Shown here: positions 10,775-20,426 of the stretch, piece by piece | Numbering within the stretch: position 1 is the first letter of the stretch | Layout of the letters: each line of letters begins with the position of its first letter | Origin: Octopus sinensis | Taxonomy: Eukaryota | NCBI RefSeq assembly: GCF_006345805.1 | Contig: NW_021827528.1 | Coordinates: 1 to 28,339, forward strand | Direction: 5' to 3' | DNA length: 28,339 bases | Notes under the pieces: model-generated | Told to the model about the DNA's origin: nothing | Database searches by the model: none | The model's input: only the letters and a program-made list of their open reading frames with translations | Program-made: the position numbers and the translations under genes

Positions 10775-11138
10775 TACATCTCAAACAATAACTCTGAGCA
10801 CCTTTTCAAACTCCACCCGTCTAATACCTGTGGGCATATTTACAAAGTCAGAAAACAGCACAGCTCCCATGACTTTCGGAAACATTTTTTCATGCTGAGA
10901 GTTGCTGAAGCATGAAACAAACTGCCGGCATCAGTTGTTAGTTGTCGGAGCACTGCATCCTTCGAAACTTCCATGCTTTCTGAGATTCGCCAACACTACA
11001 CCTGATTTTCTCCCCTCCATACACACACAAGCATGTATCTGACTCATACATTGTTCGCTTTCCAGGCTTTATACGCACTTTCTGACAAGTTGTGGTGCAC
11101 CTGAGCACTGTATAGAATAATTTCATTATTATCATTAT
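10775..11138 (+). mobile_element. CR1-type LINE 3' end
   Basis: NNSEHLFKLHPSNTCGHIYKVRKQHSSHDFRKHFFMLRVAEA*NKLPASVVSCRSTASFETSM matches the CR1 TRGHxxKL...RKxFFSxRVVxxWNxLPxxVV motif. Stop at 11003-11005, then a 3' UTR and an (ATT)-like tail. Confidence 0.88.
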
Positions 11139-11235
11139 AAGATGAAGTTCTTCAAAGTCTGATTGATTGATATGTCTGGTAATAAAAAGATTAACAGTGC
11201 CAATTTCATTCTTCTCAGTTTTCTTCCTTTGGGTT

Positions 11236-11433
11236 TCTTTTAATCGTTTCATTCATGGATTGTGGCCATGCTGGAGAACAGCCTTGAAGGGTTTTAGTCG
11301 AACAAATCGAATCCAGCGCTGATTTTTTTAAAGCCTGGTACTTATTCTATCGGAGTCTTTTGCCGAACAGCAGAATTACAGGGATGTAAACAAACCAACA
11401 CCGGTTGTTAAGCGATGGTACAAAGACACACAA
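11236..11433 (-). mobile_element. SINE family A 3' half (variant subfamily)
   Basis: Reverse complement of the 3' module; shares diagnostics with 5482-5858. Confidence 0.82.
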
Positions 11434-11445
11434 ATATAGATATAT

Positions 11446-11648
11446 TAGGGCGTAGGGCGTAGGAGCAGCTGAGTGGTAACTAGGCCGTAGGAGTGGCTGT
11501 GTGGTAAGTAGCTTGCTAACCAATCACATGGTTCCGGGTTCAGTCCCGCTGCGTGGCACCTTGGGCAAGTGTCTTCTACTATAGCCTCGGGCCGACCAAA
11601 GCCTTGTGAGTGGATTTTGTCGACGGAAACTGAAAGAAGGCCGTCGTA

Positions 11649-11682
<34 letters not shown>
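11446..11682 (+). mobile_element. SINE family A 5' half plus (TA)n (left part of a split copy)
   Basis: Duplicated head, CORE-like domain, ggaaactgaaagaaggccgtcg, then (TA)n; the 3' module is not adjacent. Confidence 0.9.
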
Positions 11683-11688
<6 letters not shown>

Positions 11689-12030
11689 GAGATAAGGGTT
11701 GTAAATTCAACCCTCCATGGGATAACATATATCCAATATACTGCTAGAGAAGTACCCACAAAGCTAATACATAAATGTTAAGATTGCGATGCATAAATTC
11801 ATTACTGTATTAGGGGGCAAAGGTAAATTATTTTTACCATTAAATTAATAATACAAAATGAGAAAATGGAGAAATATATCTAAATCATTCATCAACTATC
11901 AGATAATACTGAATCATATACTTTATTAAAACACTACACAAGAGCATTAAGATTAGACATTAATACAGTACAATAATTACAATCAATATAATGAGATATA
12001 CCTAAATAAAATAAGATATAAAAATACATA

Positions 12031-12162
12031 TACATTATAACTGACAGCTGTTTCGGCCATGCAGATAGGTATGTCTCATTTAACCTATATTAGCCATATA
12101 TTGCAGGTATAAATGAGACATTAACAAAAATATCTTACGGCCTCTTCAGAGATTCTAATGTA
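12031..12162 (-). ncRNA. Type I hammerhead ribozyme, intact core
   Basis: uacauuagaaucu-CUGAAGA-ggccgu...auggcc-GAAAC-agcu-GUC-aguuauaaugua. Stem I has a bulge and a mismatch, stem II is an 88-nt extended hairpin, and stem III has a palindromic AGCU loop. Confidence 0.85.
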
Positions 12163-12688
12163 AGTATGAGTACATACCCAAAAATCATTTACATATAAAT
12201 ATAAATATGAGTGCATATATACTCATATCCTTATATATATACACATATACACATACATAATAATATAAATAATATAAATCAATATATATCAATAAACATA
12301 ATAATGTTCTATATTGAATGTTACTGTTCCTCAACCAATATTAAGAAATTACAACAGATATATTCATACTTAATGCAGACATATATAGTAAACAGTTCAT
12401 TATATTAATTTGTGTTACTTTACAAAAAGTCAATAATGCTAATATCAATACCGTTATCAATAACAATAATGTTATCAATATCAATATTCTTACTACTAAC
12501 AACATCATTACAGATATATATATATTGTTTTATTCAATATAGAACATTATTATGTTTATTGATATATATTGATTTATATTATTTATATTATTATGTATGT
12601 GTATATGTGTATATATATAAGGATATGAGTATATATGCACTCATATTTATATTTATATGTAAATGATTTTGGGGTTTGTACTCATACT

Positions 12689-12820
12689 TACATTAGAATC
12701 TCCGAAGAGGCCGTAAGATATTTTTGTTAATGTCTCATTTATACCTGCAATATATGGCTAATATAGGTTAAATGAGACATACCTATCTGCATGGCCGAAA
12801 CAGCTGTCAGTTATAATGTA
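12689..12820 (+). ncRNA. Type I hammerhead ribozyme copy with core U4-to-C change (CCGAAGA)
   Basis: Mirror of 12031-12162; core reads ccgaaga at 12702-12708, GAAAC at 12797-12801, GTC at 12806-12808. Confidence 0.75.
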
Positions 12821-12996
12821 TATGTATTTTTATATCTTGTTATTTTATTTAGTTATATCTCATTAATTGATTGTAATTATTGTACTGTATTAATGTCTAA
12901 TCTTGCTCTTGTGTAGTGTTTTAATAAAGTATATGATTCGTGTTATTATCTGATAGTTGATGAATGATTTAGATATATTTCTCCATTTTCTCATTT

Positions 12997-13001
<5 letters not shown>

Positions 13002-13076
<75 letters not shown>

Positions 13077-13295
13077 TGTGTATATGTTTGTGTGTTTGTG
13101 CTTGTCCCCCAACATCGCTTGACAACCGTTGCTGGTGTGTTTACGTCCCCGTAACTTAGCGGTTCGGCAAAAGAGACCGATGGAATAAGTACTAGGCTTA
13201 CAAAGAATAATTCCTGGGGTTGGTTTGCTCGACTAAAGGCAGTGATCCAGCATGGCCACAGTCAAATGACTGAAACATGTAAATAAGTAAAAGAG
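13002..13295 (+). mobile_element. (TA)n(TG)n plus SINE family A 3' half (right part of the split copy)
   Basis: cttgtcccccaacatcgcttgacaacc...ccagcatggccacagtcaaatgactgaaac...gtaaaagag. Confidence 0.9.
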
Positions 13296-13296
13296 T

Positions 13297-13415
13297 ATAT
13301 ACATACATACATACATACATACATACATACATACATACATACATACATACATACAGACAGACAGACAGACAGACAGACAGGCATCAGACAGACAGACAGA
13401 GACACACAGACAGAC
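13297..13415. repeat. (TACA)n(GACA)n microsatellite
   Basis: Direct inspection. Confidence 0.93.
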
Positions 13416-13444
13416 AGTCTGGTAGATACTTAGAGAGGTAGACA

Positions 13445-13603
13445 CGACGGGATTTTTCCAGTTTCCACTTACCAAGTCCACTCACAAGGCTTTGGACGGC
13501 CCTTGGCAGTAGCAGAAGACAGCTTCCACTTACCCAAGGTGCCTCGCATTGGAACTGAACCCAAGACTACATTGTTGAGAGGAAGCTTCTTAACCCCACA
13601 GCC
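13445..13603 (-). mobile_element. SINE family A 5' half (diverged)
   Basis: Reverse complement gives ggctgtggggttaagaagcttcc...ggttcagttcca...caccttgggtaagtg...gccttgtgagtggacttgg. Confidence 0.8.
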
Positions 13604-14199
13604 AGACTTTTGCGGATGTTTCTTCAGAAAATGTTTCAATATTTACCGCCAGCAACTGAAAATGGATAAAAATTACACACTTCAATGTTTTCTCCGCGCC
13701 CGGTTGCTTTTCTTCTCCGTCGCACACTTTGAGGAAGTTTCCTAAATGTAAGAAACTGGAGAAATTGCCATTACAATGCCACCTGGTGATCTTACATGCA
13801 TTCTATTCCCTTATGGCCATCGAAGATTCCACTTTTACTATGAAATAAGGAAAGCAGAAAGTATATGTAAGTAAAAAGTGTCCCAAGAAAAGTTTGTACG
13901 CCGGCTGTGATAATGAACAATCTGAACAGATGTAAGACGCCAATTCTTTTTGAACTTTATGTAAACTGTAGTAAACAAATCTTTTAAGAATAGCTTAGGT
14001 TCGCTGCAATACACTTTTACATTATTAGCCGAACTACACAACACATTTCCTTACGCTATCGCATTACAATTGTCACCGGGTTTCATTGTTCAAAGATAGA
14101 AGTCAGGTAATACAAGTACTTCAATTTTTAAGCAATGAAATCAGGTCAGCTTGTTAATTCAAAGTAAAATAGAAGTCACACAATACAGGTACTGTGAAA

Positions 14200-14330
14200 G
14201 CGTGTGCCTTAGTGGTTAGGCTGTTGCATTCACGAACGCTAGATCGTGGGTTCGATTTCCCCGCCGAGCGGTGCGTTGTATTCTTGTGCAAAACATTTTA
14301 TTTCATGTTGTTCTGTAGGTGGGAGAGTGA
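14200..14330 (+). mobile_element. tRNA-derived SINE family C (diverged)
   Basis: A box ccttagtgg, B box ggttcgatttcc, then gcgttgtattcttgtgcaaaacattttatttca, similar to 15184-15440. Confidence 0.6.
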
Positions 14331-14384
14331 CAGAATCCTTGGTGCGCCAGAGTAAATGCTTTTACAGTGTGTCTTCCAGCTCTC

Positions 14385-14871
14385 TCCGGCGGAATTTGAG
14401 CATAGAACATAAAGCCGGCGAGCTGGTGGAAACGTTAGCACGCCGAGCGAAATGCTTAGCAGTATTTCGTCTGCCGTTACGTTCTGAGTTCAAATTCCGC
14501 CGAGGTCGACTTTGCCTTTCATCCTTTCGGGGTCGATAAATGAAGTACCAGTTACGCACTGGTGTCGGTTTGCCTGTCCTTGTTTGTCCTCTCTGTGTTT
14601 AGCCCCTTGTTTGTAGTAAAGAAATAGGTATTTCGTCTGCCGCTACGTTCTGAGTTCAAAATCCGCCGAGGTCGACTTTGCCTTTCATCCTTTCGGGGTC
14701 GATAAATGAAGTACCAGTTACGCACTGTAGTCGACTAATTTCCTTTGTCTGTCTTTGTTTGTCCCCTCTATGTTTAGCTCCTTGTGGGCAATAAAGAAAT
14801 AAGAACGTAAAACTGGACGAAATACCGCCAAGTATTTTGTCCGGCGTGCATGTGATTCTGCTAGCTTGCTG
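14385..14871 (-). mobile_element. Older antisense family B copy split by the dimer (pieces 14802-14871 and 14385-14413)
   Basis: 14802-14871 reverse complement is a B head (gcaagctagcagaatc...ggtatttcgtcc); 14385-14413 reverse complement continues it (atgttctatgctcaaattccgccgg). Confidence 0.6.
14415..14801 (+). mobile_element. SINE family B dimer
   Basis: Full unit 14415-14626 plus headless unit 14627-14801; same junction as 4224-4627. Confidence 0.92.
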
Positions 14872-15084
14872 CCCGAGTCCAATAATAATAATGTGTCTAT
14901 GAACAAAACGCGCAATAAACGTCGGACATTGTTTGTCGGCATCAGTTCGCTCTGGTCAAGATCAAGTTAACCGATGGTGGATGAACGGGAATCATCTACT
15001 TTAAGATGGAATTATCCTCAGATAAGCCTTACAAAGTTAGTCATGTTTCGATTCTATTCGTACGAAATTCACCGAATAGAAAAC

Positions 15085-15122
<38 letters not shown>

Positions 15123-15183
15123 ATCTATCTGTCTGTCTGTCTGTTGTAAGTATGTATGTATTTATGTGTTGGTGTGTGTAGAG

Positions 15184-15440
15184 CCCCGTGGCTTAGTAGT
15201 TATGGTGTTGCATTTATGATCGTAAGATTGTAGTTTCAATTCCTGGACGGAGCCATGCGCTGTGTTGTTAAGCAAAACACTTCATTTCACATTTCTCCAA
15301 TCCGCTCGGCTCGCAAAATGAGTAATCCACTTAACTCGCAAAAATCCGTCACATGATTACTCAAAAATGAGTAATTATGCGTCGGATGGTCTCATCCAGA
15401 CGGTTATATGTACGCCACAGAATTCGAGAAACCGGCCCAC
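15184..15440 (+). mobile_element. tRNA-derived SINE family C (diverged)
   Basis: gtggcttagtag A box, gtttcaattcc B box, tgtgttgttaagcaaaacacttcatttcac; ends near gagaaaccggccc. Confidence 0.55.
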
Positions 15441-16099
15441 ATACACTATACAGGAGAACTCAAGATAAGTATGGCATAGCTATCACAAACTTGTGCTCAT
15501 AAGGAAGGGAAATAATTCCTTCGTCTAAGGTTGCTGCCTCTTGCGTTGAAAGCTAGCTCTAAGAACTATCCTTGTTGAGCAGTTATGGAGGTAGAAAAAC
15601 CTTGGTGGTAGATAAATACAACCAGGTTTGATTAGTATATTTACATGGGATACCCAAAACAGGGTACGGAAAAATAATCAAAAAGAGTTATTAATATCGT
15701 TATCTTCACAGCTGTTTCGAGTGCATTATGGCTTATGTCGTTAACTACATTTCTGTGCAATAAAAGCGCACGATGCTGCAGGTATGTACTAAAAACATAC
15801 TTTCCAATGGATTTGTCAGATTAATATATACATATATATATATATATATAGATATATATATATAGATATATATATATTATATATTATAAAAACATAACGA
15901 CGTAAGAAAATTTGAAAAGCTAAACGCGAAACCGGTCTTTCTTCTAAACTATGTAATTGTAAGAAAAAAATTTATAATATTCTTCAGACATATTGACTTA
16001 AATATATATTTTTTAACCTTTTAAAACAAGCCTTCTGTAGTTTTTCACTTTTTACTATTTTCTATATATTCAACCACGTGCTTTCACAAACAACTTTCT

Positions 16100-16255
<156 letters not shown>

Positions 16256-16874
16256 TGCTTTGGGTTTCACCGTTTCAGAGAAAAAATATTTCAAGTTTGT
16301 GCGACTGCTACCGGTGAGTTTAGAGATCTACGTAGATCACCATCATCCAATATGCTTCCAGTATAGTGGCTTGGCTACTACTATAATAGTAATGCTACAA
16401 TACTTAGTAGTATTTCTAGTTGTGATGTACGGAGCAAATGCAGGAGAAATTACGATGAACAGAAGTTTATACTTGTTCCTACGTACGTTTCCCCATTGTG
16501 GTTGTTGGGAACACTGCATTGGATGTTCCAAGTGCAATTGGATGCGTAATGATAATGGATCAAACAAGGGAAAAATATGAAAGAATGAATAAATGAATGA
16601 ATGAATGAGTGAATGATGTTGAATGAATGATGAAAAGATAACCAATGACATCAGTTAATAAAAACGAACATTATCGTTTCCGTCGGCTTCATTATCAAAT
16701 TTTTGATTTAATGAAAGATTTTTATCCTGAATTTCTCTCACATCACATGCATCTCATTAGGTATTATCACAGTATGGTCGTCGACCACATACGAAATGAA
16801 CGCAGCCAGCCGATCGCATATGTAGACAAATACAACAAACGGATGCAAAGACACACTCGTGTGTGTGTGTGTGT

Positions 16875-16908
<34 letters not shown>

Positions 16909-16984
16909 GAAAGTATGTATGTATATTCTGTGAAAGAATATGTACATATTTCTGCACACGCATACACACATACACACGCACACA

Positions 16985-17253
16985 CACACATATACATATT
17001 TAATATATATATATACATGATATACATATATGTGTGTGTATGTATGTATGTATATATATATATGTGTGTATATATACACGTATGTATGTATATAAATACA
17101 TATATTTATTTATCTATATATTATATATATATATACACACACACATATATACATATTTAACATATCTATACATACATGCATGCATGCATATATATATATA
17201 TATATATATATATACTACATACATACATATATATATATACATATATATATATG

Positions 17254-17334
<81 letters not shown>

Positions 17335-17416
17335 CATATATACATATATATATATACATATCGTGGGATGTCAGTGACATATGCATGCATACATACACAC
17401 GGCAACATATATATAT

Positions 17417-17470
<54 letters not shown>

Positions 17471-17493
17471 TATATATATATAATATATATATA
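16985..17493. repeat. Long compound (TA)/(CA)/(TG) microsatellite
   Basis: Direct inspection. Confidence 0.9.
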
Positions 17494-17540
17494 TTGCCGT
17501 GTGTATGTATGCATACATATGTCACTGACATCCCACGATA
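17359..17540. repeat. Inverted repeat: 47-bp arms (46/47 match) around an 88-bp (TA)n spacer
   Basis: tatcgtgggatgtcagtgac...ggcaa (17359-17405) versus ttgcc...gtcactgacatcccacgata (17494-17540). Confidence 0.92.
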
Positions 17541-17829
17541 CTAAGTTATAGGAGTGTATGAGTGTGTTTGCACGTTTTGCATGGATATATACATATGCCT
17601 AAATTCATCCACATACCCGCATATACATATGTATACTGTCTCCGTCGTCCATATGTTCGGAAATAGGATTATCTCTTCCTATTAGCTTTTGTGGTGATGA
17701 CTTCAGAACGCCGTTGGTACTTTCCCAGTATTTCTGTCTAAATTCTTCAATTGACTTAATTTCTAATTTACATCCATTATCTTATTTCTAGCATTGAGCT
17801 CACTTTTTAAATATGAATCACATTCTAAA

Positions 17830-18234
17830 GGCGGCGAGCTGGCAGAATCGTTAGCACGCCGGGCGAAATGCTTAGCAGTATTTCGTCTGCCGCTACGTTC
17901 TGAGTTCAAATTCCGCCGAGGTCGACTTTGCCTTTCATCCTTTCGGTGTCGATTAAATAAGTACCAGTTACGCACTGGGGTCGATGTAATCGACTTAATC
18001 CCTTTGTCTGTCCTTGTTTGTCCCCTCTATGCTTAGCCCCTTGTGGGCAATAAAGAAATAAGAATCGTTAGCACGCCGGGCGAAATGCTTAATGACATTT
18101 CGTCCGTCTTTACGTTCTGAGTTCAAATTCCACCGACGTCGACTTTACCTTTCGGGCGTCGATAAAATAAGCTCCAGTTGAGCACTGGGGTTTCCGAACT
18201 TCATGGCCTAGTGCCAAAATTTGAAAACAATATT
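17830..18234 (+). mobile_element. SINE family B heterodimer
   Basis: Full unit 17830-18060 plus a second unit starting at agaatcgttagc, ending in the ggcctagtgccaaaatttgaaaac tail also seen at 26439-26644. Confidence 0.9.
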
Positions 18235-18241
18235 GATTATA

Positions 18242-18421
18242 TAGGCGTAGGAGTGGCTGTGTGGTAAGAAGCTTGCTAACCAACCACATGGTTCCGGGTT
18301 CAGTCCCACTGCGTGGCATCTTGGGCAAGTGTCTTCTGCTATGGCCTCGGGCCGACCAAAGCCTTGTGAGTGGATTTGGTAGACGGAAACTGAAAGAAGC
18401 CTGTCGTATATATATATATAT
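18242..18421 (+). mobile_element. SINE family A 5' half plus (TA)n
   Basis: Near-consensus head and CORE-like domain; no 3' module follows. Confidence 0.9.
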
Positions 18422-19114
18422 GGCCTAGCATATAAAAAAAAAACTGATGGTTCAGTAAAATTGTATTATATACATATTAGAGGGAAACCACTATGTGGAC
18501 ACCCTTATGCTAGAAATAGATCCGCTATGGTCTTAACACTAAGAAATGCTCTCAAAAAAAATTAGCAAAACCACCAAAACCTAATCGAGCACGACAAAAG
18601 AAAAAGCAATAAAAAGTGTCAAAACGAGGACCTTTGAAATAGTAACCACAAGTGTTATGGGTAGAACTGTTTACAGGTCTGACTTTGTGCGGACGTCCTT
18701 GTATGCAGTCTTGCAAATTATATTCATCTGGACGGTCGCACCGATGATCTACGGACATTTATGCAAGTAAAATTACGTAATATGTTAATAGTGAAACATG
18801 TGTGCGAATAAGCCATATTTTTATTGCTTTTACTTTTGTCTTGCTCGATTTTGATTGTGTCGGTTGTTTTGCTAAATTATATATATATATATTGTTTTTC
18901 GTCAACGGTTAGTCGTATTAACAAACAGGTCATAACCCATCTCCATTTAGCTTCAAATATTTGATTATTTGTCCCATTGAACCGTTTAGAACCAAAGATA
19001 AAATAGTTCTATATTATCTTCCAGCTGTGTGTGTGTGTGTGTGTGTGTGAGTGTCCGGTTGTACACTCAGTATACGTTGTACGTTTTTGACCCTGTCGTT
19101 GTTTATTTACAATA

Positions 19115-20124
19115 GGATCTTTTCACTTTGACCAGCAGATTTTTAAAATAATTTCTTTGTAACTAAACACTTTTAAAATTCGTATACTGGTAGAATGTGT
19201 TACATAAAAACATCTTTTTCTCTTGGCTTCCTTGAGAAAATTCTGTAGTTCGTAAGCTATTTGTTGTTTAATTTTTTGCATTCCGGCAATTTCAACCAAT
19301 CAATGACGTCTATTGAGGTGAATACAATATCTGCCGTAGTTTGTCAACAACATTTTCTGGCGGTGTCATATCAATGTGTCACTGTTATTTATGACTTATT
19401 TCATATCAGTTACGTTCGTATGAATAAAAGATTATCGTTATTAAACTTTTATTAATAAACACATATTCTAAGTTCACAACATATGCAGTTTTAATTTCTC
19501 TCTCTGTTGCACAGATACACACATTACATATTATATATTCGTTTAAGAAACCGATTGGGTTTATTTACATTTAAAAGAAAAAATACCCTTCCCCCACCCC
19601 TAACCCTAACCCTATCCCTAACCCTAACTCTAACCTTAACCCTAACCCTAACTCTAACTCTAACCCTAACCCAACCCTAACCCTAACCCTAACTCTAACC
19701 CTAACCCTAACCCTAAAACAGATTGAAATGCAATAGATCGATACTATGGTCATAATTATGGGTGGACACTAAAGAGGGAACGGTTTTGTTATCCAGCTCT
19801 GTTTACGAGTGACCCCTCAGTTTATGGCCACAGGGTATCTTTTTTCTCATAAATAACAGTGATACACTGATATGACACCACCAGAAAATGTTGTTGACAA
19901 ACTACAGCAGAAATTGTATTCACATCACTAGACGCCATTGATTGGTTGAAATTGTCGAAATGCAAGAAATTAAACAACAAATAGTTTACAAACTACAGAA
20001 TTTTCTCAAGAAAGCCAAGAGAAAAAGATGTTTTATGTAACATACTACCAGTATACGAAGTTTAAAAGTGTTTAGTTACAAAGAAATTATTTTAGAAATC
20101 TGCCGTTCAAAGCGAAAAGATTCG
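19115..20124. mobile_element. TA-flanked foldback/MITE with ~280-bp inverted arms and an internal telomere-like tract
   Basis: Arms 19115-19394 and 19847-20124 are reverse complements (about 90% by eye); TA on both sides. Confidence 0.85.
19597..19716. repeat. (TAACCC)n telomere-type repeat
   Basis: About 20 units, mostly perfect, with taactc/taacct variants. Confidence 0.95.
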
Positions 20125-20426
20125 TAACTTCTATTAAAGCCTCGGGTTGATCAGAGCCTTATGAAAAGAACTTATTTCAGATTCTCTCAATAGCTTATAA
20201 ACTTTCGAGAGAACGTTAACTAATTCTTTTTCTGGAACTAGATCTCGAAGCACATCACAGGCAGCCTTTGACTTCTATCTTAAAGGGATTTTTTCAGCCC
20301 AATATTTACATGCTATTATATATAGCTTTATATGCTTCGAGATCCAGTTCAAAAAAGAATTACTTTCAAATGTATTCTTATAGTATTACTTGGCATTTTA
20401 TTGGTTCCTTTATTTATTTTGAGCTA

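Larger units (their letters stand above)
11851..13001. mobile_element. Palindromic Penelope-like insert: inverted ~470-bp pseudo-LTR arms (11851-12319, 12532-13001) with a 212-bp spacer
   Basis: The arms are reverse complements with only scattered substitutions and small indels; each carries an HHR motif. Confidence 0.8.

Noticed and set aside
10640-10775. Minus-strand reading DCFDEIRALLQYKPLAFKILSITWNDDNNKPICLRIF
   Set aside because: It is sandwiched between, and overlaps, a MITE and a CR1 fragment; no splice or homology support.
13777-13872. Short ORF MPPGDLTCILFPYGHRRFHFYYEIRKAESI ending at gtaagt
   Set aside because: A donor-like hexamer and 30 codons are expected by chance in 28 kb.
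16645-16860. ORF MTSVNKNEHYRFRRLHYQ...
   Set aside because: It runs into a (TG)n tract; no family similarity recognised.
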